A stretch of DNA of 64,000 nucleotides from Nitrospira sp. (GTDB taxonomy: Bacteria; Nitrospirota; Nitrospiria; Nitrospirales; Nitrospiraceae), in assembly GCA_047150005.1 (NCBI GenBank), contig AP038806.1:64001-128000 (forward strand), given 5' to 3'. The notes beneath the pieces are model-generated. The model saw nothing but the letters and a program-made list of their open reading frames with translations, ran no database searches and had not been told where the DNA came from. The first letter of the stretch is position 1; each line of letters opens with the position of its first letter. Positions 30,146 through 39,443 of the stretch are shown piece by piece. The position numbers and the translations under genes were made by a program.

Positions 30146-31385
30146 CGGAATGTTCCTCGGTCACGCGCACCCGCAGAAACGACATGACGTCCCGCATGGT
30201 GGCCTCGATCGTTCGGCTGGCCTCGAGACTCGACTGGATGGCCTTCTGGACGTTGAGCAGGCCGTTCTTGACGTCGGCCGACATCGAGGCGGCCGAGATG
30301 TCCTTCAACTCCGTTTCGAACGCGGACAGTCTCGCCGAGACTGCGGAGAACGACGAGCGCAACGACTGTAGCCCGTCGAGCTGACCGTCCAATTCGGCGC
30401 GACTCCGCTCGAAGGCCGTCGTCATCGCGAGAAATTGCTCCGTTCGCTCTTTGAGCGTGCCGGACAATTCCTGCACCGCCGCTTCGACTTGTCCGACGCC
30501 TTCCGTTCCGTACAAGGATTCCCCGAACGACGTCACCGTTTCGGCGGTTCGGGCCAATCCTTCCTCCAGCTTTTGCGCCGCCGCCTCGAAACTTTCTCCC
30601 CGCTTCCCCAGCGCGGCGACGAGTTTACTCACCTCCGCCGTGAGAATTTCCTGCGGCATCTGCAGGGTCGACAGCCGGCTCAGCATATCCTTCACGGAGG
30701 ACTCCAGCCCCGCCATCATCGTCTTGCCCATCGTGTATTGCTGCTCGGCAAGCTGTTCGCGCGCCTCCGATAACGACCGTACGAGATCGTGCAGCGCGCC
30801 GCGCAGATCATTGGCGGCGAGATCTCTGAACGACGAGATCTCCATGTTCGCTTCCGTGATCTCGTGCAACAGCTTCGACACGCGCTGATCGATGGTGTCC
30901 TGAACGTCAAGAAGCCGGTCGGAGAGCGTGTCCTGAAAATAGAGGGTCGCAAGGCGAAGCAGCATGCCGCAACAGGTCATGACCAGCGCGTAGCCAAACG
31001 CGGCAAGGACGGCTTCCGTGGTCAACTTGGGAGCCGGCCACAGAATGAAGGCCCCGATGAGGGCAAACAGCGCCCACAGAAAGCCCATATAATAGAGGGA
31101 ATCCGCAAACTGGGTCGCATTCTTCTTTTTAACGGAATACCCATAGCCAGCATAGCCGGCAAGGAGCCCGGTCAGTACGAAGAGCGTGGCGGTTGGGGAA
31201 TACTGCGCGGCCGCCGAGTACCAAAGGGCGACAGCCCCCACGAGAGTCGCGCAGACCCAGGCGACGGCGAGCCTTCTATTGCCCCGCAGCGTCGGGTGAA
31301 CATCGGGATGCCCGGACTCGTCCACATCGTCAAGCCGGGGCGCCGGATCCTCGAGCGGCATGGCTGGCAGTCTTCTCATCATCAT
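30132..31385 (-). CDS. MotA/TolQ/ExbB (ZorA-like) membrane protein with long coiled-coil tail
   Basis: Four TM segments including YYMGFLWALFAL and FGYALVMTCCGM (resembles G.AL.TT..G), then about 250 aa of heptad-rich tail. Confidence 0.6.
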   Translation of the reverse strand: MMMRRLPAMPLEDPAPRLDDVDESGHPDVHPTLRGNRRLAVAWVCATLVGAVALWYSAAAQYSPTATLFVLTGLLAGYAGYGYSVKKKNATQFADSLYYMGFLWALFALIGAFILWPAPKLTTEAVLAAFGYALVMTCCGMLLRLATLYFQDTLSDRLLDVQDTIDQRVSKLLHEITEANMEISSFRDLAANDLRGALHDLVRSLSEAREQLAEQQYTMGKTMMAGLESSVKDMLSRLSTLQMPQEILTAEVSKLVAALGKRGESFEAAAQKLEEGLARTAETVTSFGESLYGTEGVGQVEAAVQELSGTLKERTEQFLAMTTAFERSRAELDGQLDGLQSLRSSFSAVSARLSAFETELKDISAASMSADVKNGLLNVQKAIQSSLEASRTIEATMRDVMSFLRVRVTEEHSGDKN

Positions 31386-31587
31386 CGTCCCCTCCCCCCT
31401 CACTGCTTCACTGGTCATTATGCGGCATGGCAACGGCTCTACTACTAGGGATGTCTCTAGGGCCGACCGGAGAACCGTTCCTGCACTCTTCCGATCGCAG
31501 AAATCCATGCAGTCGGACGGGCCGTTGCGCTAGACTGGCGATCCCAAAGCCGCGAGCTTGATGTTTACTTTTTATGGAGGCCATCAC

Positions 31588-32619
31588 ATGTCCTCAGAGT
31601 CATCCGACCATCCTAAGCAACCGGCTCACGTTCAATTGGTTCACATGGCGACGGGGCACTGGGTGTCCCATATTCTCTATGTCGCCGCAAAGCTGGGCCT
31701 GGCCGACCATCTGGCGGCTGGACCGATGCGCACGGAAGAGCTTGCAGCTGCTACGAAGACTCATGCCCCGTCCCTCGGTCGCCTGCTCCGGACCCTCGGG
31801 CATCTCGGCCTCATCACCGAGGAGGCAGCAGGCCGAGTCGCTTTGACGAACCTCGGCGAGGCGATGAAGACCGGAGCGCCGGGCTCGGCAAGGGCGGCGA
31901 CCTTGACCCTGGCCAGTCCCATGATGGCGCAGGGATGGGGACGGCTGCTCGAATCGGTCCAGACCGGCAAGCCGGGCTTGGAGCGGGCGCTCGGCATGCC
32001 CCTGTTCGACTGGCTCGCGACACATCCCGAGGACGCCTCTCTTTTCAGCGAGACCATGGTCGGTTTTCACGGTGCCGAGCCGGCCGCCGTGGCCTCCGCC
32101 TACGACTTCTCCGGCATGCAGACGATCGTCGATGTCGGAGGCGCGACGGGCAATCTGTTGGCGGCTGTGCTGAGCAGGTATCCGACATCGCGGGGCATTC
32201 TCTACGATCTGCCGCACGTCGTGTGCGACGCCCCAGGATTGCTTCGGGCTCGAGGCCTCTCGGACCGTGTGACGATTCTCTCCGGAAGCTTCTTCGAGCG
32301 TGTACCGGAGGGAGGAGACGCGTATCTTCTCTCCCACATCATTCATGATTGGACGGAGGAACAGTGCTTCACGATCCTGGACCGCTGCCGGCGCGCGATG
32401 AAACCGGGCAACCGATTGCTCATCATCGAGATGGTGTTGCCGGCCGGCAATGCGCCTCATCCCGGAAAGATGCTCGACATGATGATGCTCGTCGGCCCCG
32501 GGGGCCAAGAACGAACGGGGCCGGAATATCACAGCCTCCTCGCCAAAGCCGGATTTCACCTGACCCGCATTGTGCCCACGGATTCGGCCGTGAGTGTCGT
32601 GGACGCCATGCCGGCCTGA
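31588..32619 (+). CDS. O-methyltransferase (Methyltransf_2 with dimerisation domain)
   Basis: VAAKLGLADHL, VDVGGATG, DLPHVV, GSFF..VP.GGDAYLL.HIIHDW, GG.ERT..EY. Confidence 0.93.
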   Translation: MSSESSDHPKQPAHVQLVHMATGHWVSHILYVAAKLGLADHLAAGPMRTEELAAATKTHAPSLGRLLRTLGHLGLITEEAAGRVALTNLGEAMKTGAPGSARAATLTLASPMMAQGWGRLLESVQTGKPGLERALGMPLFDWLATHPEDASLFSETMVGFHGAEPAAVASAYDFSGMQTIVDVGGATGNLLAAVLSRYPTSRGILYDLPHVVCDAPGLLRARGLSDRVTILSGSFFERVPEGGDAYLLSHIIHDWTEEQCFTILDRCRRAMKPGNRLLIIEMVLPAGNAPHPGKMLDMMMLVGPGGQERTGPEYHSLLAKAGFHLTRIVPTDSAVSVVDAMPA

Positions 32620-32689
32620 CAGGCACCCTGACTGCTCCGCGGCGCGGACGGTCTCCGTGGTCGAAGCAACAGGTTCTGTGCCGATCGCG

Positions 32690-33565
32690 TCATGACACCA
32701 GTTGTCTGATGCGCCCCAGATAGGTAGCCATGAAATGCTCCGGCACATCCTGCGTGCTGAGATTCTTGAGATTGTTCCAGAACGACAGGACCGACGAGCG
32801 TTCCGCTTGGTGTTCGGAATAGTACCGATACTTCTTCCCCTCTTCCAGCACGACCTCAGGCCCGAGATGCTGGAACGGGCCTTCATCCAGCACGGCGAAG
32901 ACTTCGAAAGGCGGCAGCAACGGCACAGGATCCTTGTCGTTGACGTATCGAACCAACGGCAAGGCTCCGTACTTGCGCACGCCGTCCCGATTGGTCACTT
33001 TCGGCTGCCCGAACGTCACAGCTTGTCCGAGCTTGAGCCCATCCTCTTTCAGCAGCATCAACACGACCACCGCCGCGGCCCCTCCGTAGCTGTGGCCGGT
33101 CACTCTGGTTTCGTAGTCCGCCTTTAAGAGCGGCTTCGCAAACTGATAGACCTGCAGCGCCGCGTCCGCGAACCCCTTGTGCAGCGGGACCTGCAGCCGG
33201 GACTCGACGACCTTGTTGTAATCCACATCCGCTCGGATGTTCGCCAGGTTCGACGTGCCGCGGACCACGATCCATTGCACGCGCGCCGCATCGTCCACCT
33301 CTACGAAGGCCTTGACCCCGGAGGAGAGCGGAGGGCTGATGCTGACGCGCACCGCGGATCCGCTCTGCCGCCGGATGATCTCATCCTGTTGGTACGCCAG
33401 ATCGGCTCGCTGGGCATATTGGAGGACCAGCGAAAAATTGGGCGGCGTCGGGGGGACCGATGCCATCGGCTTGTGGGTCCCGCACGAAGGGAGACCGGAC
33501 AGGACCATTCCCATCAGTCCCAACACCAGGCCCGAGGAAACAGTGAGCGAACGCGTCAGTGTCAT
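32690..33565 (-). CDS. Lipase class 3, lipoprotein
   Basis: VRGT, HKGF, TGHSYGGA nucleophile elbow, TFGQP, DPVP.LP, C-terminal His; LPSC lipobox-like. Confidence 0.9.
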   Translation of the reverse strand: MTLTRSLTVSSGLVLGLMGMVLSGLPSCGTHKPMASVPPTPPNFSLVLQYAQRADLAYQQDEIIRRQSGSAVRVSISPPLSSGVKAFVEVDDAARVQWIVVRGTSNLANIRADVDYNKVVESRLQVPLHKGFADAALQVYQFAKPLLKADYETRVTGHSYGGAAAVVVLMLLKEDGLKLGQAVTFGQPKVTNRDGVRKYGALPLVRYVNDKDPVPLLPPFEVFAVLDEGPFQHLGPEVVLEEGKKYRYYSEHQAERSSVLSFWNNLKNLSTQDVPEHFMATYLGRIRQLVS

Positions 33566-33593
33566 GGCGAATCGTCCTCCTTGTCTCACGGCA

Positions 33594-34817
33594 TTACGGG
33601 CGGCCATCCTCGAACGTGTCCGGCGGATGCGCGCGTGATTGCTGTTCGGCGGTGAGCACCCGTCTGGCATCGAAATACGCCTGCACTTTGACCCTGGTCA
33701 TCCTGCTGCGACTCTGCTCCATTCCCTGCACGGCTGCCGCCAGCTTCTCCTCGGAAGGCAGGGTTGTATCGCTGCCGCCCCGGAGCAGGGTCAGCAGTTT
33801 CAGCTCGCTCGCCTTGAACTTGGCCTGCTCGATCAACAACGCCTTCCTCGTCTCGTTCTTGACCTGAACCAGCGCCGCGGTCTGCTCCTCGTTGATCCCC
33901 ATCCTGCTTCCTTGATCCAGAAAATAGTCGAAGCCGGTCTGATGGACGGGAGTTCCGTGAGGACTGCCGGGATGGCCCGCCCGCTGCTTGTCGGACGTCC
34001 GTATATGGTGACGCTTGAGCTCCGCCAGCTTGGTTCGCTGCTCTTCCGTCAGATGCCCCTGAATCCTGTCGGTCACCTCGAAGAGTTTGTTGAAGAGCAC
34101 CCCTTCCGTCTCGCCGGTCTTCTGCATCTTCGCGCGGATCGCTTCCGGATCGATGTCGGGCCGCATGACAAGCTCATCGGCTTCCACGCGACTGAGGTCG
34201 ATCTCGGTCCCGACCCGCAGCACCTCCCGTCTGGCGTCTTCCAGAAGCGAGCGGATGTCCCGGGCCTGGGGATCGGTCAGGCCCAGCTCACGACGAAACC
34301 CGTTGTAGACCTGGCCGATGCCGTCCAATGACATCAGGCCGATCTTCGTATTGAAACCCTGCGACACTCGAAATGCCATCGTCGGATGCGCCAGCTCCTG
34401 GACCTTGGCCGCCTGCTCCGGCGTCAGCAACGCGCGAAGCGCGGTCAAGGATTCGATAAAGAAATTCAGCTCGTCGGTTTCGATGCCGCCGGTGAGGGCG
34501 TTGGCCGTCCGGTATTCATGGTCCTGGAGCAGCCCGCGCCGGCGCTTTTCTTCCAATTCCTGGAACATGCCGACCAACACCGCTTCCTTCAACCACATCT
34601 CCGTCTTCATGCGTTGAACCAGATCCGCCATGCCCTGTTTCTGCTGCGCCGACAATCCGAGGCTGTGCCCCAGATGCGCGTAGGACCCGGCGATCTGCTC
34701 GATCGCCCGGATCATCCGTGGGCCGGGCGTGAACTCCATCTCCGCCTGGGGCATCTGAGCCCAGCCCTCCTGACAGATCAACCCGAGCACCAGCACTGCC
34801 GGCATCCATCGCTTCAT
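33594..34817 (-). CDS. Periplasmic protein with three Spy/CpxP (LTxxQ)-like domains
   Basis: Signal peptide; paired motifs LGLSAQQ/LLTPEQ, LGLTDPQ/HLTEEQ, MGINEEQ/VLTAEQ. Confidence 0.75.
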   Translation of the reverse strand: MKRWMPAVLVLGLICQEGWAQMPQAEMEFTPGPRMIRAIEQIAGSYAHLGHSLGLSAQQKQGMADLVQRMKTEMWLKEAVLVGMFQELEEKRRRGLLQDHEYRTANALTGGIETDELNFFIESLTALRALLTPEQAAKVQELAHPTMAFRVSQGFNTKIGLMSLDGIGQVYNGFRRELGLTDPQARDIRSLLEDARREVLRVGTEIDLSRVEADELVMRPDIDPEAIRAKMQKTGETEGVLFNKLFEVTDRIQGHLTEEQRTKLAELKRHHIRTSDKQRAGHPGSPHGTPVHQTGFDYFLDQGSRMGINEEQTAALVQVKNETRKALLIEQAKFKASELKLLTLLRGGSDTTLPSEEKLAAAVQGMEQSRSRMTRVKVQAYFDARRVLTAEQQSRAHPPDTFEDGRP

Positions 34818-34899
34818 CGGTGCGCTCCTTCGCTAGAAAGAAGGCTCGTCCAAGACGTCTGGTCTGATACAGGAAGACGGCGTCCGAGAATTGCGCGTC

Positions 34900-35517
34900 T
34901 CATCGCTGCGGCTTCTGGCCGATCTGCGCCAGGGGCATCGTCACCAGAATGCCGCCCATCACGTCATGCTGCTTGAAATCCTTCTTCGGGCTGTTCGGAT
35001 GTGCGTTGTGACACCCGACGCAGGTCTGTGAGACGGCCTTGTCGGGATACAGAGCTTGGAAGTAGGACGCGCCATCCTCGGTGACGAGGCCCGTATAGGG
35101 CCGACCGCCGGCACCCGTCAGTTCCGACAGTCCCGTCCGCTCGAAGTCGGTATGGGGCCGGTTGTCCTTGTTGATCGGCCACAGGCTGAGCAGCCGCACC
35201 CGAACCCCTCTGTCGTCCCCGCGCATCAGCAGACCGGCCTCCTTGAGAAACTGCGCGGGGAGCGGCAGTGTGCCCCGCTCTTTCCAATGTTCTGAGGCAA
35301 CGGCCGTCCCGCGCACTTGCATGCGCTCCACAATCTCGGTGGTATAGAACGTCCGGTCCGCCTGGATGACACTGTGCACGTAATCCGCCGCTGTTGCAGC
35401 CGGAATGCACGGCGACTCCGGCAGATTCTTACCGGCGGCCGGGGAAAGCCACTGGGCCGACACCCACGTGACGAGCACACCGAGGACGAGTCCGAATCCG
35501 AATCCCTGTGCACGCAT
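34900..35517 (-). CDS. Tll0287-like (DUF3365) c-type haem protein
   Basis: DRT.YT..IV, LPLPAQFL, RL.SLWPIN, C-terminal CVGCH, DVMGG. Confidence 0.85.
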   Translation of the reverse strand: MRAQGFGFGLVLGVLVTWVSAQWLSPAAGKNLPESPCIPAATAADYVHSVIQADRTFYTTEIVERMQVRGTAVASEHWKERGTLPLPAQFLKEAGLLMRGDDRGVRVRLLSLWPINKDNRPHTDFERTGLSELTGAGGRPYTGLVTEDGASYFQALYPDKAVSQTCVGCHNAHPNSPKKDFKQHDVMGGILVTMPLAQIGQKPQR

Positions 35518-35698
35518 GATCCTCTTCCTTTCTCGTCTACTGCAGCCTTTCCGTCATGCGATACGTTCCGACCGGAGACGGCACAGAACGCCCGACGCCC
35601 TTCGTCGCATTCTCTCACCAAGCGCGCCGACGGTCTATCCTACGCGGGGGACACCGTTCGCACCGATAGGAGCCGCGTTCAACGACGTCGGCCTGTCT

Positions 35699-36967
35699 TC
35701 ACGACGATCGCGAGCCGGCATCCGACGCGGACAGGACGGAGAGTCGGCCGCCCGACTCCTCGATCAAACCGCTCCGCACTCGGACGGCGAGCCAAGTCAA
35801 AAGCGCGCCCACGACGAATGCGGTAATGTCGACGGCCGCCAACCCCCATTGGTCGTTGGGCACCGTCGCCAGCAGATGGCTTCTCGTGGTCAGCAGATTG
35901 AGCCCAGGCAGCAGCGCCAACAGGATGGCAGCCGCCGTCAGTTGGTCGCGCCAGGCCAGAACGGCGTCTCTTCGCAGTGGACCGTAGAGGGCGCAGAGCG
36001 TCCACACGAAAAAAAAGGCGCGCACTTCCCACTCCGCCCGATGAGGCACCGCTGTCGGCAAAAGGCGATTGACCCAGAAGAAAGCGGCGACGGCCACCGG
36101 CAACCCAGCCACCGCCCCAATGGCGAGGCCGTCTGTCACTCGGGAAGCGATCGGCTCGGATCGATCGAGACGGCCCCTCCGCCGCTTGGCGGTCCGCGTC
36201 GCCAAACCGGTCGCGATGACCAGGCTGGACCCCAACCCCATGATGAAATAGGCCCATCGGCTCGCAATCCCGCCGAATCTCCCGAAGTGCAGTAGACCCG
36301 GCAGCGAGACCGCAGTTTCTCCCGACACCGTCGTGCCTCCCGCCAAGTAAATGGACCAGAGGACCATCAAGCCGGTAACCGTGATGATCAACAAGAATGG
36401 CAGCATCAGCAGGCCGGCCACATTGTGCACATCCGACCAAGTGCGCAGCAGGACGGTTCGAAATCTGACTGTAAACAGATCCGCGAGAAGCCTCCGGCGT
36501 CTGATCAGCACCCCTGTAGTCGTCGCCGCCAACATGGCAATCGCGGCGGCACCGACCATCCACACGCCAGCAAGACCGGCCAGTAATCCATAGTGAAAGT
36601 GATAGAAGAGATCTCCACCTCTAGTTTCTCTAAATACAAGGAGATTTCCAGTTATTGGATCGATCGATTGGCCTGTGAAAGTTCGTTTGTCCTGCCATTT
36701 GATCAGCTGCACCCGCCCATCGCCATCCGACCCTTCCGGGGGCGATTCCATATGGAGTACGGCGGTCCGGATCTCGGGTTGCTGGAATTCGACCGGCCCC
36801 GATGCAGTCGTAATCTTCTGGATCTCCGGCTGCAGCATCCAGTAGGTGATCTCCTCGTCGAAGACCGTCAGGGTACCGGTGGCGAACACGGCAAAGAGAA
36901 TCCAGGCGGAGAACAGACCGATCCAGGCATGTACCCGGTTCAACGATTGTGAAACGTGGTCTTTCAT
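35699..36967 (-). CDS. PepSY-associated TM-helix protein (shortened)
   Basis: HAWIGL, FYHFHYGL, DVHN..G...LPF....TG, LHFGRFGG...RW.YF. Confidence 0.8.
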   Translation of the reverse strand: MKDHVSQSLNRVHAWIGLFSAWILFAVFATGTLTVFDEEITYWMLQPEIQKITTASGPVEFQQPEIRTAVLHMESPPEGSDGDGRVQLIKWQDKRTFTGQSIDPITGNLLVFRETRGGDLFYHFHYGLLAGLAGVWMVGAAAIAMLAATTTGVLIRRRRLLADLFTVRFRTVLLRTWSDVHNVAGLLMLPFLLIITVTGLMVLWSIYLAGGTTVSGETAVSLPGLLHFGRFGGIASRWAYFIMGLGSSLVIATGLATRTAKRRRGRLDRSEPIASRVTDGLAIGAVAGLPVAVAAFFWVNRLLPTAVPHRAEWEVRAFFFVWTLCALYGPLRRDAVLAWRDQLTAAAILLALLPGLNLLTTRSHLLATVPNDQWGLAAVDITAFVVGALLTWLAVRVRSGLIEESGGRLSVLSASDAGSRSS

Positions 36968-37190
36968 CCTACGCCTGGGTTTGTGCGGCTTGCTCCGATC
37001 AGCGGACGCTTCAACGCTCGGACGTTCCGGCCATAGTAGAGCGAGCGAGAACCGGCTTGCAAACCCCGCAGATTCATCGTTCCCCGCCACGGGACGCTGG
37101 CGAACGCGACTCGGATGTAGTACTGTCTGCACACCGGCCAACGCCCCCCCACGAAGGGACTTCCGAGCCGGCGCCACTCACATCTGGGCC

Positions 37191-37712
37191 ATGGCCGTAC
37201 TCCTCTCACGACACAACGCGGCACGAACGCTGCTCGTGCTGCTCCTGTTGCTCTCTTGCGTGGGATGCGACCAGGTCACCAAGGAGTTGGCGCGTACGTA
37301 TCTGGCGTTTCAACCGCCCTTGTCCTGTTGCCACGACGTTGTCCGACTTCACTATGCGGAGAACGCCGGCGCGTTTCTCGGCCTGGGATGGAATCTGCCC
37401 GAGGAGACGCGGATCCTGGTCTTCCAATTTGCGGTCGGTATCGGCCTTCTTGCGCTGTTCGTCGTCCTGCTACAGTCGCAGAATCAGCCCCACGGCTTCC
37501 TGATCGCTTGGACCCTGATCTTGAGCGGAGGGATCGGCAATGTGCTCGATCGCCTGCTGCATCATGGACGGGTGACTGATTTCATGAACCTCGGCGTCGG
37601 TTCCCTGCGCACCGGCATCTTCAACGTCGCGGACGTCTTCATTACGGTCGGTGTGCTGTGGCTGCTGCTCGCCCTCAGGCAACAGGATCCACCGCGCGAG
37701 GTGGCGAAATAG
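37191..37712 (+). CDS. lspA: Signal peptidase II (lipoprotein signal peptidase)
   Basis: DQ.TK, N.GAF.G, GG.GN..DRL, V.DF, FNVAD. Confidence 0.92.
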   Translation: MAVLLSRHNAARTLLVLLLLLSCVGCDQVTKELARTYLAFQPPLSCCHDVVRLHYAENAGAFLGLGWNLPEETRILVFQFAVGIGLLALFVVLLQSQNQPHGFLIAWTLILSGGIGNVLDRLLHHGRVTDFMNLGVGSLRTGIFNVADVFITVGVLWLLLALRQQDPPREVAK

Positions 37713-37713
37713 G

Positions 37714-38193
37714 ATGGGACCGGCACTCTCTCAACGGGGCTGGACGGCACGAGGCGCAAGCCTGTTGGCGACGCTCGCCTTGTGGCTCGCCTTTGCGGTC
37801 GGATGCGACGGCAATCGGGCGACCGGGCCCGCGTTCCAAGATCTCATCCATCCAAGTCCGGAAACCGCGCTTGTCTACTTCTACCGGCCCCCAAGACCGG
37901 ACAAGGATCAAGCCCCGGACTGGGTCTACGCCTTCGACCGGATCATTCGACTGGATGACGGAGGTTACAGTTTTCACACCGTTCCGCCCGGCCGGTACCT
38001 GATCGCACTGCGATCGCAAACCGATCCCAAGGCCGACTGGTATGACTTGGCCGGAGGCCGGGCCCTTTTTCTCAAATGGGACCGTGTGAAAGGGGAAACT
38101 GAGCCGGACCTGATTCCGGTCGAAGAGCGGCGGGCGCTTGAAGAGTTGCCTCGGTGCCGGCTCATGCAGCAGGATCCGGCCGGCAGGCCGTGA
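37714..38193 (+). CDS. Putative lipoprotein (DUF2846-like)
   Basis: Lipobox AVGC; ATGPAF...ALVYFYRP...GGY....VPPG.Y. Confidence 0.65.
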   Translation: MGPALSQRGWTARGASLLATLALWLAFAVGCDGNRATGPAFQDLIHPSPETALVYFYRPPRPDKDQAPDWVYAFDRIIRLDDGGYSFHTVPPGRYLIALRSQTDPKADWYDLAGGRALFLKWDRVKGETEPDLIPVEERRALEELPRCRLMQQDPAGRP

Positions 38194-38367
38194 GTCTGTT
38201 GCGCTCTTCTGCTCTGACCTGCGAGCGAGGATTCGGCGGGCGTTTCCTGACCATCTTCATAAAGTCTCCCAGGACGAAGTCCTGCGCTGCTTGAGAGCCC
38301 CACTGCTGATAGGTCGAGAGTTTGGGCAGGTGAGAGGATGCACCGGTACGACCAGTTCGCGGTCGAA

Positions 38368-38730
38368 TTACCGGTCCATGGTGCTCTTGGTTTGGCCGGT
38401 GCCTTTTTCACCGATCCCGGCCGGTTCCGATGCGCTTCCCATGGACTTCCGGTTGGGCGACGGCGAGCGTTCAGCAGTGGGTTCCGTCTGGCCGGTGCCT
38501 TGCTCACCGATGCCGGAAGGTTCCGACATGAGACCTGGTGACCGGCTCTGCTGGCGTTCCATGGTGCCTTGCGTCTGTCCCGTTCCTTTTTCGCCTATCC
38601 CGGCAGGCTCCGACGCTCCGGCGTTGCCGGTCCCGGAGGTCGACCCGGCCTGAGCCCAGTCGTCCAGAGATTGCGCACCCCAGGCTCCGGCGACCATCAG
38701 CAGCACCACACCCCAAATGGATTTCCTCAT
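38368..38730 (-). CDS. Secreted low-complexity protein with three SEP[AS]GIGE[KQ]GTGQT repeats
   Basis: GGAGG RBS, signal peptide, three 14-aa repeats with synonymous divergence. Confidence 0.75.
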   Translation of the reverse strand: MRKSIWGVVLLMVAGAWGAQSLDDWAQAGSTSGTGNAGASEPAGIGEKGTGQTQGTMERQQSRSPGLMSEPSGIGEQGTGQTEPTAERSPSPNRKSMGSASEPAGIGEKGTGQTKSTMDR

Positions 38731-38871
38731 AGCAGGCCTCCTTCGTGGGAAAACCATCCGCATCCTCTACTCCATGTACTCCATGATGCGAAATTCAGGA
38801 GCACGAAGGTACTAGGAAAATCGGCAGTGAACACCATGACCCCCGCGCGGGAGGCATGTCTTGATGTCCGG

Positions 38872-39135
38872 CTAGCGGTAGGACATGGCGTGCTGCTGTT
38901 CCGCCACCGCCACGAGCATCAAGGCCCGCCCGTCCTGCAATCCCATCGCATATCGCTCGAACACCGCCGGCGCGCAATCACGATAGAGGTTCGAGTGATC
39001 TACGCTGAGGAGCGCATCGCGGAGACCGTCCGCCTCCGCATGCCATCCTTCCCGCTCAAGGGGCTGGGCGGCCTTTGCCTTTTGCTGCCGACACCACTCA
39101 ATACGTACCTCGACGGATTCAGTCGCCAATGCCAT
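38872..39135 (-). CDS. Small hypothetical protein
   Basis: GGAGG RBS before ATG 39135; 87-aa helical ORF. Confidence 0.6.
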   Translation of the reverse strand: MALATESVEVRIEWCRQQKAKAAQPLEREGWHAEADGLRDALLSVDHSNLYRDCAPAVFERYAMGLQDGRALMLVAVAEQQHAMSYR

Positions 39136-39443
39136 GGTCGCCTCCCTTTCTGCCCGGGTGTTCATTTACGTTCATCATGCCGTCCGGGCTGCCACACTCG
39201 AAGAGGTGAATCGCAAGGAAAGTACCAGGTCATTCGGCTCCCTATGATTCGGCGTGATACGCGCCATCTTGGCGGTTTGCGGGGAGATTTGACGGCGAGA
39301 CCGGTTTTCCGGCCCGGCCTCTAGTTATTTCCCTAGTGGTGGTCGCCTGCAGTTTCGCAGCCAAAACCCTACAGGTTTCCCCTATTCAACACAGGGGCGG
39401 CCTGTGCGCTTCCGTACAGGCCGCTCGATCATGCCCTCTGAAT

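Noticed and set aside
29465..31385. Complete Zorya system
   Set aside because: No ZorC/D/E or nuclease/helicase is adjacent and the partner lacks an OmpA motif; reported only as ZorAB-like.
36583..36700. DGR variable region
   Set aside because: No template repeat or reverse transcriptase in the window.
38195..38340. Ribozyme or riboswitch in the intergenic gap
   Set aside because: No complete hammerhead core (CUGAnGA...GAAA) or recognisable aptamer; a short minus-strand ORF is unsupported.
38368..38730. CRISPR-like repeat-spacer pattern (three repeats of about 41 bp)
   Set aside because: The repeats vary at synonymous positions within an ORF with signal peptide and RBS, so this is a protein repeat.
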